A stretch of DNA of 63,433 bases, the filler included, from Folioceros fuciformis (taxonomy: Eukaryota): assembly GCA_049999805.1 (NCBI GenBank). It is 6 parts of 6 records of this genome, joined end to end, with 100 filler letters (N's around TTAATTAATTAA, not from the genome) between each part and the next. Parts side by side here need not be neighbours in the genome. Positions count along the whole stretch, not along the records: positions 29,135 to 40,586 come from JBNGIO010004153.1; positions 40,687 to 61,901 come from JBNGIO010004155.1; 4 more parts are not named here. One strand, 5' to 3'. The position numbers and the translations under genes are program-made. Shown here piece by piece: positions 36,140 to 47,790 of this stretch. A model generated the notes under the pieces. It was not told the origin of the DNA. It made no database searches and saw only the letters and a list, made by a program, of their open reading frames with translations. Numbering within the stretch: position 1 is the stretch's first letter; each line of letters opens with the position of its first letter.

Positions 36140-36644
36140 TCAAAAACGAGGAGCTTCACAGCGGAGGAAGTGGCAAAGCACAACTCGGCTCAGGACTGCT
36201 GGATCATAGTGAAAAATAAGGTAGCTTTCTGTTCCACCCGATGCTGTTCCACCCGATGCCTGTGTCCAACAGACTGGAGTTGATTATCAAACTCAGCCTT
36301 GGGCCAATTGAAGGTGATTCTCGACACCGGCAGTTAGTTGACCCCCAAGGCACCCATGTCCGTCATGACTCTATGACAGGTGTACGATGTGACTCCATAT
36401 GTCGAGGAGCATCCCGGAGGTTATGCCATACTCAACAACGCTGGAGGAGACTCCACAGTCGGTTTCTACGGGTGAGTGAGACTGCTCTGCCTCCTCGCGC
36501 AATTGCGCTTGGCTGTCACTTCCATATCGCTATTATGCCATGCCGCCGTCATGTTCATTTCTCCGGTGCTCCTGCAGAATGCAACATGCCAGCAGGGTCC
36601 ACGAAATGGTAGACGAATTCTACATCGGCGAGTTGGCAAGTTGA
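36140..36644 (+). CDS. Cytochrome b5-like protein (CB5LP type) heme domain; exons 36140-36220, 36380-36471, 36578-36644; 5' exon unresolved
   Basis: SFTAEEVAKHNSAQDCWIIVKNK|VYDVTPYVEEHPGG..NNAGGDSTVGFYG|MQHASRVHEMVDEFYIGEL; both heme-ligand His present. The ORF track does not recover it as one ORF. Confidence 0.9.
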
Positions 36645-37060
36645 AGTTGGGTCCCCTCTCTTCTTACACACAGTAGTCATTGCTGGCGCTTTAAGTGTGG
36701 TGAACACGCTCCGGAACCTATAGCCCTCAGGGCCGCAGATAGCTTTCTGTGGATAGTACGGTACCTACTGCTTCTGGAGCCTACAGTGGATCACATATCC
36801 TGATCCTTTTGATGGGCCATGTCTGCTCTGCTGATTGGAAAGGGACGTGAGTGTGGATTGAAGAGCAGAAAACGACACCACTGGATTTGAAGTACGTGAG
36901 CTCGTATGGCATGGGCTCGGAAATGGAAATCTGCGATGCGCGCCTCATGTCTGCTGGCCGACATTGCACTTCACCTTGCCTTGCCAGAGTGTAAAATAGG
37001 GCGTTGACATCAAGAGGTTAGAACCGTTCTGATCCGATTTCCTGGTCTTGGGACCATGCA

Positions 37061-37120
37061 GGTGTCAGGATTCCTGAACCGCTTGTCTACCATATCTTTG
37101 ACCGTAATTACATCATCAGC
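37061..37120 (-). ncRNA. Candidate box C/D snoRNA (25S rRNA guide)
   Basis: Minus strand TGATGA (37118-37113)...CGGTTCAGGAAT-C-CTGA (37068-37065). The guide is complementary to ATTCCTGAACCG, which I recall from plant 25S rRNA. Short and lacks a terminal stem, so boundaries are uncertain. Confidence 0.5.
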
Positions 37121-37362
37121 TCATGGACTGCCCGGAATTGGAGGGGGGATCATTGATGAGACCGTAGCGAAAGCAAATGCAACGCAGTGAACAGCACACA
37201 TGGACAGGATGCCACACGGTAGATATTTTACACAGCTCCGGCAATAAAAAACTAGAGGGGCAACCCGGATCACTCATAGTTCGGGCCAAAGGTCAGCACA
37301 CAGTAGCAAAGCACGGATGTACATCCTCATATCAGCTCGCAACTCCCAGCCCTAGCGAGTTT

Positions 37363-37444
37363 GGCGGTCAGAAATCTCGTGTGTGGAATACTTGGACTCA
37401 GAGCACTGTACATGCTGTCCTTTCGTTTTCGTCATCACACCGCC
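37363..37444 (-). ncRNA. Box C/D snoRNA (25S rRNA guide), ~82 nt
   Basis: GGCGG-T-GTGATGA...CTGA(D')...CACACGAGATTT-CTGA-CCGCC: box C, D', D and a 5-bp terminal stem. The 12-nt guide is complementary to the conserved plant 25S sequence CAGAAATCTCGTGTG. Confidence 0.8.
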
Positions 37445-39085
37445 GCACTTCCCTCATCACGGTGTCTCAAGAACGCAGCAAGAACATCCTTCTGCACTTC
37501 AGATCACTGAAAGAAAAAAAGACGCGCACCCTTCCGAGACACCTCATCCTTCCTTATTCCACTCCACACGCATAGTATGGTATGACGCAAGGCAAACGAC
37601 AACATCAAACACGAACGACAGCCGATCTGAGCACACTCCTGATCCACCCTATCCGCAGGCCTGTCAACTCTCAGCACAAAACGAAAGCTGCTGACACCAC
37701 AACCAGCAAGACCTTCAGCAACAGAACAGAACTCCTTCGAGGCAACAAGAACCGGGACAGACAGCAGGCGCCGCCGAGCTCCGCAAGGCAAAACACAGTC
37801 GAGCTTGGCTATGGCGATCCCGACTACAACATCCATCGGATCGCCATAACCAAGCTACGTATTCGCAGGACTGATTCCACGCCTTCCACGCTGCCTGAGA
37901 GACGCCTGAGGCTTCAGACTCGACTGTGGCCATTCAAGCAGTCTCGCACATTCGCGCACCCTAGAGCTTTTAGACCTAACAAGTTTCTTCGCTGACTCCT
38001 GTCCCCGAAGATAGCATAAAACTAAGCCTCAGCGCGACTCGTTCATTTGCCTTTATTCCCGGTCTGGGCTCAGTGAACAGAGTAAAGGCTCATCCACTCC
38101 CGGGACCCCGGGCCCGACCTATGTCTGTACTGTACTCTATGTTTCGCGTCAAAATTAGAACCTTTTCTTGCAGCCTCCATCTCCCTGGTTAGACAAGCCA
38201 CAAACTTTTCAATCCAGAAGAACCAAGCATGGTGGAGGTTCATAACATGGTCTTGGTTCTAGTTTTGGGTGTTGGTATTTTTAACGTAATTATTTTTTTA
38301 ATTTTCATTCTTAAGAGATTCCTTGAATCCAATGAACACATAGTACGAGAACCCTCTCTTTAAGCTCTTGTGATTTTATTTTTCTCATATTGAAAACATG
38401 CATGAAGAAGCTCTACAAATCTACATATCAAAAGCATGTGATCAAAAGCATGTGAATTACTCAGTAGGATTCAACCTCATGACAAGAAAATTTTCTATCT
38501 CTTTACAACAAATGAAGTAACAACACATCAGGGACAATGTGATGCTTTGGCCTCTTTGCATTAACAAAGCTGTTAAAAGTGGAAAGAAATGAGGTACAAT
38601 ATTTCTTTCAAAATATGAGACTCAACATCACACAAAACAACAGCAAGGATATTAGCAATGCATATTCGAATTAGTGGCTAATCCATGTAGTGATAAAGCT
38701 TACCTATTTATCCAAGAACCTTACAAGTTAAAGAAATGTTTATCATGTTCTTATGTCATTGGAGTTTGTCAAATTGGTGTCTTCTATGAATACTTACCAT
38801 GAGTCTCATGTTATGATAATGGTGAAATATAGAAATAAAAATTGTAATAATCCATGCAGGTTTATCACGAATTATGAGGCAATAATATGTTTGTGCACAT
38901 TTTCAAAGGTATGAGACAAAAATCTTGAATGTCTATTTCTTACTACACTTTATTTCTCTATTCCAGTAACCAAGGGTTGATAGAGNNNNNNNNNNNNNNN
39001 NNNNNNNNNNNNNNNNNNNNNNNNNNNNNNNNNNNNNNNNNNNNNNNNNNNNNNNNNNNNNNNNNNNNNNNNNNNNNNNNNNNNN

Positions 39086-39265
39086 ATTATCTCTCTTGTT
39101 TCTGAGCACAAGCACATCATTTAGTGTCAGATTATCTCTCTTGTTTGTGAGCACAAGCACATCATCTCTCCTGTTTGTGAGCACAAGCACATCATCCCTT
39201 GTTTGTGAGCATAAGTACATCATTCCGTGTTAGATTATCTCTCTTGTTTGTGAGCATAAGCACAT
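39086..39265. repeat. Tandem repeat, ~30/45-bp units
   Basis: atctctcttgtttgtgagcacaagcacatc repeated ~5 times next to a gap. Confidence 0.85.
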
Positions 39266-40169
39266 ATATGAATCCTTTTCAACATAGATTAATAATTTCA
39301 CAAAGAAAAAGAACAAACAAGCATAATAGTGACTCAATTTTTTAAACCAATAAAAATTTAAGTGAATTAATAGAACTTAATATCTCCAAGTAAATTATGA
39401 TTTTTTAATCCCTGGAAACCTTAAGCACATTAAAGCATGTTCATTCTTATGCATTTAACTACACCAAGAGTTTTAAAAAGTTGACAAGGTCAAAAAAAAG
39501 CAGCAATGGCTTGCAAAGATTTATGAATAACATTTAGCATAGGGTCTTCATCTTATTTCTTGTATACAAAATGATTATAGGTACTATTTTTTTCTTTTTT
39601 TTTTATTTAATTTTATGTAATTTATTTCTATAGAATTAATATCTTTGGATGAATACTAATTTGAAAGGCATGTAAGTTTTGAATTCATGTTTTAGTAATG
39701 AGAGGTGTAAAAGGAGTATAATGAATGATAGAGGAATTAGGCTATTGAAGCACTAATCACTAATCTCGTCCATTTATGGTATCATAAAAATATTATAATA
39801 ATATGTATTCATTATAATTAATCACATCTATCATAGATTATTGTCATAACCTTGAATGGTATGAACCCATTTAAAAACTATCACTATTGGCAAACCCATT
39901 TGAAAATTATCTTCCCAAGGAAATGTCGCTTATCAATGTTCCTTGTTATTATGGCCATTGTTAACAATATTACATACCATTGTAACTATTTCTTTTGCCA
40001 AATCCCATGGAAGATTTATGGCTGTGTAACTCTTAAGGCAAGTGTTAGTTGCTCATGTGGTTGTTCTAAACATCATTTTTTTCAAAGCTAATTATTTTCA
40101 ATGCTTTGATGGCTTTCCCATTCTTGGGCTAGAAACCAAAGTTCTCAAGTAGAATGAACTTTGTATTTC

Positions 40170-40560
40170 AAGTCCTATCAATCAAGTCGAGTTGAATACA
40201 AGCCCAGCCTGTAATTAAGGTCAAGTCACTACAAGCCTCTCGATCAAGTTGAATCCAATCTAAGCCTATTAATCTAAGTTGAATCCAGTGCAAGCTCATT
40301 AATCTAAGTCTAATCCAAGTCGAATTCATTGTACGCCTAATAATCTAAGTTGAGTCCAATACGAGGTTCTTAATTTTAGTTTGATGCAAGTCCATCACTT
40401 GAAGTCAAGCCCATTGTAAGCCATACATTTAAATTTAGGATTAGGCACGTGAGGGATTCTTGGTTCTTAATTTTAGTTTGACGCAAACCCATCACTTTAA
40501 GTCAAGCCCATTGTAAGCCTACCCATTTAAGTTGAGGGATTAGGCAAGTGAAGGATTCTT
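40170..40560. repeat. Degenerate tandem repeats (~30-bp units, then a ~100-bp duplication)
   Basis: Recurrent aagttgaatcca..caagcc.attaatct; ggttcttaattttagtttga..aagtcaagcccattgtaagcc occurs twice. Confidence 0.65.
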
Positions 40561-41499
40561 TACCTTTGGAGGCTTGTGAGGCGCTANNNNNNNNNNNNNN
40601 NNNNNNNNNNNNNNNNNNNNNNNNNNNNNNTTAATTAATTAANNNNNNNNNNNNNNNNNNNNNNNNNNNNNNNNNNNNNNNNNNNNATTCCCGATACCAG
40701 CACAACCAACCATCCACACCTTCCAGAACCGTACCCAGAGCCAGGCAGCCGAGAGCAGAGCGCCCAGAGCAAGGCAAGGTCAGGCAGAGGCGAAGCCCAA
40801 GACAGACGCAAACCAGCAACAAAGAAGCAAAGCAAGAGAGAGTGAGAGAGGAGGGCAGTACCGGACCAGACCAGGGCGGGGCCTTGGATCCAGGCTCGGC
40901 GCCGCAGGCTCGGGAACAGGCTCGGGCAAGGCTAGCGCTTACTCAGTCACCAATTTACGCATCCCGGATGGCTGAGGAGGAAGCCATGTGATATTTCGGG
41001 GCTGCGGCCAACCCCACCGTCGTGTCGGAGCAAGTCCCGCGGCCAAAGCCCAAGCCCAAGCCACAGGCAGGCCCTCCCGGCTCAACTATCCGGGGCCCGG
41101 GCCTTATCCGGGCGAGGTCGGGATATGCCAGGCAGCCTGCGTTTTTATGCCGGCACGCCAACCCCCCATTAACCCAGGGTCAGACGGGGATGCAACATTA
41201 TTGTGGAGCCTGGATGTGAATGAAAATGAAGGGGGTTGGTACGCCAGTAGGTGTGTCCAACCTAACCTTTCTCCTCATCCCGTGTCTCACCTCTCTTCGT
41301 ACTAGAAAAAGGCCGCCTCCCTCTATGCGTGCCATCCACTTTAATTTTCTTGTCGTTTCTACGTTTTCAAATTTCTTAGACACAACTTCATTATACAACC
41401 CCTGGGATAGACCAGACCACCTTTCTGCCCACTGTCTAAGACCATGAGAAGAAGACATAAGGCCTCATTGGTTTGGCACCAGTTGTAATTCCATCTTTA

Positions 41500-42710
41500 T
41501 TCCGGGGTCGGTCAAGAGGGATAGGGCTCTGTAAGGGAGCGAGCCGAATGAGAAGGAGAAGATGTGTGAGCCAGTCAGTGGCAGCGCTGCCTCCCACTCA
41601 AATTCGAAGCTGGAGAATGGAGACTTTTTATTGAATGAAGGGGGTTTGAAGCCGCAGGAGGACAGAAATGGAAGATTTGAGGAGAGATCACCATGAGTGT
41701 TGGAACTCTGGAGGAGATTATTGGTCAGAGCTATGCAATTATGGTCCCTCTCTGTCGGGCCCGAAGATTATTTATGCCTATCCTCTGACATGTCTTGATA
41801 AGGCACAGGCACAGGCACAGCCCGAGCGGGCTGTGCCACTCTTATGCTTGTCTGCTTACCTTACCCCTCTGCAGGTATGGTTAGGAATGGAGACTGTGTC
41901 TCCACAAGAAGTTTTCACTGAAGGATTTGTCGGTTGCCTCCGCCTCCGAGTCGCTCCGGCATTTGTCTGCTTGGGGCTGTGTTAGGTGTAGGTTTTCCTG
42001 TAGGGTACTTGTTTTGGAGGTCTGACATGGGAATGGGGCCTCACGTCGTCGAGTTGTATGGGACAGGTTCTGTCAGTGCTGGAACTTCTGCAGAACGAAG
42101 TAGGTCGGATGGTGTGCATGATTGCAGTGGAGCATGCGTATGTCGAGGACTCGATGCGCGGATGTTAGAGATCCAAGGGGCCGTTGAGCTTCCCCTCGCG
42201 TGTCCAGAGCTGTATGAGGATACCGAGCTCCAGCGTGATATGGAGTTATGATGATGTATGGAGAGCTGGGGACAGGAAATGCTCTGGTAGTCAAGGTAAG
42301 CGGCCAGCGACAGTGGTTGCCTCTTACGTTGAGTTCAGCTGAAGCCATTAAACTGAGCACAACTGCATAGGTGCGTTGACAGGGCATGTCTGTTTTTAGG
42401 CTGTTGCCAACTGTACCTCAGTAACTTATCTTCGAGTGGTGGGAAGTGAGATCGTCCAGAAGTACATGCCGGATGGATCTCACCTAGTAGACGAGGTTTC
42501 TGGATTGCGGATGAGCTCCTACCATCGATTTTGTTTATTGATGAGATTGACCCGGTTGGAACCTAAAGTGCGCCATGTTTTATTTACGGGGTGGCTCTGA
42601 TCCACTTTTTTAACATTTGTCTCCGGTTATGGTTCTCCGGTCTCCGAGGTTGTCACGGGGTGTGGTTAGTGGATGCGTTGTTTTCTAGATAAGATGCTCA
42701 TTCAGCCATT
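41500..42710 (+). pseudogene. RPT2: Unprocessed pseudogene of 26S proteasome AAA-ATPase RPT2
   Basis: Frameshifted fragments in RPT2 order: EKEKMCEP, LKPQED, MSVGTLEEII, VLSVLELLQNEV, GLDARMLEIQGAVELPLACPELYED, broken Walker [33 protein letters not shown], Walker [19 protein letters not shown]. Introns are still present. Confidence 0.88.
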
Positions 42711-43099
42711 AAGGCAGGTAACAAGGTGTGGTATCCGTAACTTACAATATATTTATAATTTATGTGGTCCATATATCCAATACATCTAATGTATATTGAA
42801 AAAATTTAAATTTTAAGTAGGTATGTGTTCGTTAGATCTAAAAAAATATTTAAATAAAAGTTTACTCATTATTTAAAGAAATATGACAAATTTAGTTCAG
42901 CCTTCATACAAGCCAAAACATGTACCTCTTAATCTTAACCTACAAAGTCCAAGTTGATTTTTGGAAATTTTAAGCTTCAAATCATTATACATATATAATT
43001 AGATTTTATATTTATTTTTATATATAATGATTTTTTATTACAATTATGATAAACTTCTTATTTACTTATATAAAAAAAATAAATCTGTTTAATCTATTT

Positions 43100-46000
43100 T
43101 AGAAAAATAAGATGGAAAACCCTATCTACCCATAGGCACCCTAGGAGCTAACCCCATGGAGCCTAATGACTACCAATAGCACCTAAAACATTATGGTCTA
43201 CGAGGAGACAAGGTCTGCCTACCACAAGAGTTGTTGATGCCACCTCTCCTACCACATTGTTGTTCTATATATGACATCAGCCAACCCTTCTTGCAAAGCA
43301 ATGGAAACCCTCTACCAGGCAAACGCTACAACACATGAAAGAGGAAGACTAAGCCCATTTTTCTTGTTATGAACCGTCTTGGCGCAAAACTTCAAAACTT
43401 GGAAAATGCCTTGCACATGCACTCGTGGGTCTTAATGGCAAGGGGGATAGTGGTGTGTCTAGTTTGTAGAGGGGTGTACTTGTGAACCTTGGCCAATGCG
43501 CTCCCCTCTACTGCCCAACACATGAAGTTGAGAATAACATGATTGCAAACCACGACCCATATGGGGTTAATTATGATCACGTCGGCAATGGAAACTTATT
43601 CCTTGGATGAGGAAAAAGATCAACCTAAAGGGAAACACTATTAAGTAGAGTGTATGGACATTGCCTTAAGGGCAGAAAGCCAACCTCCTAAGCCAATGAA
43701 AGCATGATATCCCGCACAGCATCGTGCATAGCAATGCATTGACCCCCAACCGGTCAATGGGCAAGATAAGTTCTAGAGTTATCTAGTAGCACCCAGTAAT
43801 TGTAAGAGGAGAGAGAGCAAGCCAAAAGTTGGACCAAACCAAAGCGAAACCTAATCGATGTACAGAATGTGGTAGGTACGATTGGAAAAGCTTGGATGCT
43901 AGGTCAATCCAAGAGCCTACACCTTTTCCCAAGTATGAATGGAGCCGTGCCCAAAGGGACCTAGAGAAAGAAGAATCCCGAAGAAGATTGAGCTACACCT
44001 TCTCATATTTCTTCTCGAGAAGAGAAGCTTGGAGCCCCCAAATTCCCACTACAAGAAGATAATTATTAATGCATAGTAACCCTAGCCACAAAACAAAGAG
44101 AGTCCCTAGTTGATCTTAGGGACACTTACAAAGGGAGAGCACCCTTCTCAACACAATGACAAAAGATTCCAAAATGCAGGCATCACAAACAAGAAATAAG
44201 AATCCAAAATAGAAACCGAAAGGACCCAACTCCTCATAAATGCCATTGGTGCCAATATTTCTGTTACCAGCAAACCAATACCTTCAAATAAGGCAAAAAG
44301 AGACGCTTATAGCCCTACAAGGTCTCCCACGTTATACTCAAATGTACAACGGCCAATTATATCACCAAAAACCTACAAGATCCTATTGTCAAAGCTACTT
44401 ACACTTGCTAGAAATGTCAACGAGGGGGGACCTTCCAAAGAAGGTACTCGGGATGACATGCGAAACATAAGTAAAGAATCCTGAAAGCCACCTATGGGTC
44501 CCCTAAGTTAGCAAGGTCATCCGCATGGGCTAGGTGCTCCTTAAGAGCCGCATCCTTAAAACCTTGGACAAAGGCTAGAGGCCCCACTAAGACCCCCAGA
44601 ACCCAAAGGCCTTGTGNNNNNNNNNNNNNNNNNNNNNNNNNNNNNNNNNNNNNNNNNNNNNNNNNNNNNNNNNNNNNNNNNNNNNNNNNNNNNNNNNNNN
44701 NNNNNNNNNNNNNNNNAGGCAATCCCACGAAAGCAAACCAAACTCTGTACTTAATAAACTTCACTTTCAGGCCCATACGAGCTAAGTTTAAGGAAAAAAG
44801 CTCAAACTTTTGCAATCATCTCGCCTCAAAATATGAGTACCCTTCACCACAAAGGAATATAAGCAATCAAAAATTGACGAGGCAATAACAGAAAGGGCAT
44901 TAAAGAGAGCCATCACAAAGAGGTCGTTCTCCCCCTAAAGATTGCCCTGCCTTATACCTTTCACTAAGTCAAGCACCGAAACCCCATTGATTGCCGACCC
45001 ATACTAGTAGTAGAGAAAGGAAGGCGAGCAGAAGAATGAACGGACAAAAGGAATGAGGCTCGCCAATTGCCCACTAACGTTCAAAATCTCATCAAAGATA
45101 GCTGCCATGGATATTGTGTTGAAAGCATTTTCTACATCCACCTATACATCAACCTAGTTTGAATGAATCTCAAGAATTGTTGATACCTCAAACGTAACTA
45201 ATTTACAGCCTAAAGGAGTCACAGTCCAAAATTGGTGAGGATTAAGATGAGATTGAAAATGATTCCGAAGCTGAATAGCCAATACTCCAATTGATGAGCC
45301 ATAAGAGTGTCTCTCCCATAGCAATCACTTGCACCCCAGCAGTAGCTTTATTTATGACTAGCAATCTACGACCGTGTGAAGTAGTAACAGTCACCTTGGA
45401 AGCCGAAGCCATTGGCTTAAGATGGAGAGCCAAGCTACCTGAGCATACTCTCCAGCACAACCAAGCAAAAGGCTCCTCTTTAGATGCGCCTTAGCAGGTC
45501 TGAGCGGACTCCGTTTGTTTTAGTAGAATTCAACTAAGACCTAACGACACAACTAAACTCTTCCTGAAGGCCCTACCAATGTCTAGAACGAAAATTGTGA
45601 AGGCAAGAAACCACCTCCCAATGGCCTAAGACACCTCTTCGAGCATTGAAGATACTAGCTAGGAAGGAAAGGGAACAAAGACCAAGTAGCCTCTTCCTTG
45701 GAGTCTAGTGCTAGCCACTCCAAAGGAAGCCGATAAGCCAAACAAACATCATCATGAAGGCATTGTGGAAGGCACCGGAAGATATGGTGTCCTAGAAAGG
45801 GCGGCTCAAAGAATGCTAAGAGGTTACCAAATTGAGGCGTCAACCATTGGTAGGATTTAGGAGAAGGGGAATGAAGGTTACCCATGCCTACGACCCTAGG
45901 GACCACCAAAGTAGAAGAAGCTTGTCTAAGTTAGGCCTCCTATGTAGATCAATCTAAATTCTTGTGTATCAAACCTATACAATGACGAACACCATGAGAT

Positions 46001-46140
46001 GTGAATAGTTTTTCACACATAGGACAAGGAGCATCCTTGGCAGAAGGTGACAGAGCAGGACCCATGCCTCTTAGCTTGCTATGAAACCTTTGCTCTTAGG
46101 CCCGCTCCGAAACTTGCTCACTCCGAACCTAATCCATGAC
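43100..46140 (-). mobile_element. Degenerate non-LTR retrotransposon of the restriction-like-endonuclease class (CRE/R2-group-like)
   Basis: In order on the minus strand: N-terminal finger CPMCEKLF..H..H (~46030-45965); RT motifs AGVQVIAMGETL, PHQF..TPLGC, VDVENAFNTIS, GIRQG; GLWVLGVLVG..L.NLGDP; CCHC-region remnant GGQCIAMHDAVRD; RLE-like ADVIIINP..AKVHKY..IPLAIKTH. Many stops and frameshifts. Confidence 0.75.
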
Positions 46141-46549
46141 ACTTTTAACCACAAAATAATACCTTAAAAGTAGAAAAGCAAAAAAAAAGGAAAAGAAAAT
46201 GAATCCAATTTTTATAAGTCTAAACCTCACAGCACTCCATGGAAAATGGAGAAACCAATCATTAGTGTCAAACCCTCACCCTAATAACGGCCCCAAACAT
46301 AGCGGAGGTACCACACTCACCGCACCCAAGAAGGGCCTTACTATGCACCCTCTAGTTTTACTCCGTATTGGCCATATGTCCCCATACTAGCCTATGAACG
46401 TACGAAAGTAATAAACTTGTAATTATATTATTGTGTACCTATACTAACCCCACACACAATTGTATCCTACTAATGCCTTATACTCCATAATAGCAAAGTA
46501 AAATAATGCCCTTAGACTACGATCTAATACTCCTCACACTCCCTACTCA

Positions 46550-47790
46550 TGCGCCATCATTGCACACCACCACTCACACCCCCATCACCACACTTTAATA
46601 ACCCACCTACTCCACCACACTCCATTACGCATACCCCATCACCACACGCCACCACCCACATCTCCATCACTACCCACATCTCCATCACTACGCTTTTATA
46701 CCCCACTTGCTCCACCACGCTCCATCACCCATACCCCATCACCACACGCCACCACCCACATCTCCATCACTACGCTTTTATACCCCACTTACTCCACCAC
46801 GCTCCATCACCCATACCCCATCACCACACGCCACCACCCACATCTCCATCACCACGCTTTTATACCCCACTTGCTCCACCACGCTCCATCACCCATACCC
46901 CATCACCACACACCAGCACCCACACCTCCATCACCACACACCACTACCCACACCCCCATTACCACGCTTTAATACCCAACCTACTCCATCATGCTCTATT
47001 ATCCACACAGCATCACCACACGCCACCACCACTTACGCTTCATCACCACACTTACTCCATCATGCTCTATCACCCATATCACCACACGTCACCACCACTT
47101 GCGTTTCATCACCACACTTACTCCACCACGCTCCGTCACCCATATCACCACACGCCACCACCACTTGCGCTTCATCACCACACTTACTCCACCACGCTCC
47201 ATCACCCATATCACCACACGCCACCACCATTTGCGCTTTATCACCACACTTACTCCACCACGGTCCGTCACCCATATCACCACACGCCACCACCACTTGC
47301 GCTTCATCACCACACTTACTCCTCTACGCTCCGTCACTTATATTACCACACGCCACCACCACTTGCGCTTCATCACCACACTTACTCCTCCACACTCCGT
47401 CACCCATATCACCACACATCACCACCACTTGCGTTTCATCACTACACTTACTCCACCACGCTCCATCACCCGTATCACCACACTTCATCACCCATGCTCC
47501 ACCACTTACACTTTATTACCACCTACTTCATGACATTCCATCACCCACACCCCACCATTCACACTTCATTACCACACCTACTCCACCACGCTCCGTTACC
47601 ACATGCCACCACTTGTGCTTCATTACCACACCTACTTCACCACACTCCATCATCCACACCCCAATACTTGCACTTCATCACCATATCTACTTCACCACTC
47701 TCTATCACCTACACCCTATTAGCACACGCTACCACCACTTGCGCTTCATCACCACATCTACTCCACCATCCTCTATCACCACTATTGCTC
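46550..47790. repeat. CA-rich minisatellite: ~4 x 82 bp, then ~7 x 66 bp, then degenerate copies
   Basis: 82-bp period (46741, 46823, 46905). 66-bp unit caccacacgccaccaccacttgcgcttcatcaccacacttactccaccacgctccatcacccatat (47146, 47212...). Confidence 0.92.

Noticed and set aside
37715-37933. 72-aa ORF MATVESEASG... as a protein-coding gene
   Set aside because: No recognisable homology or downstream coding exon; it overlaps the hairpin and is more likely the leader of the ncRNA transcript.
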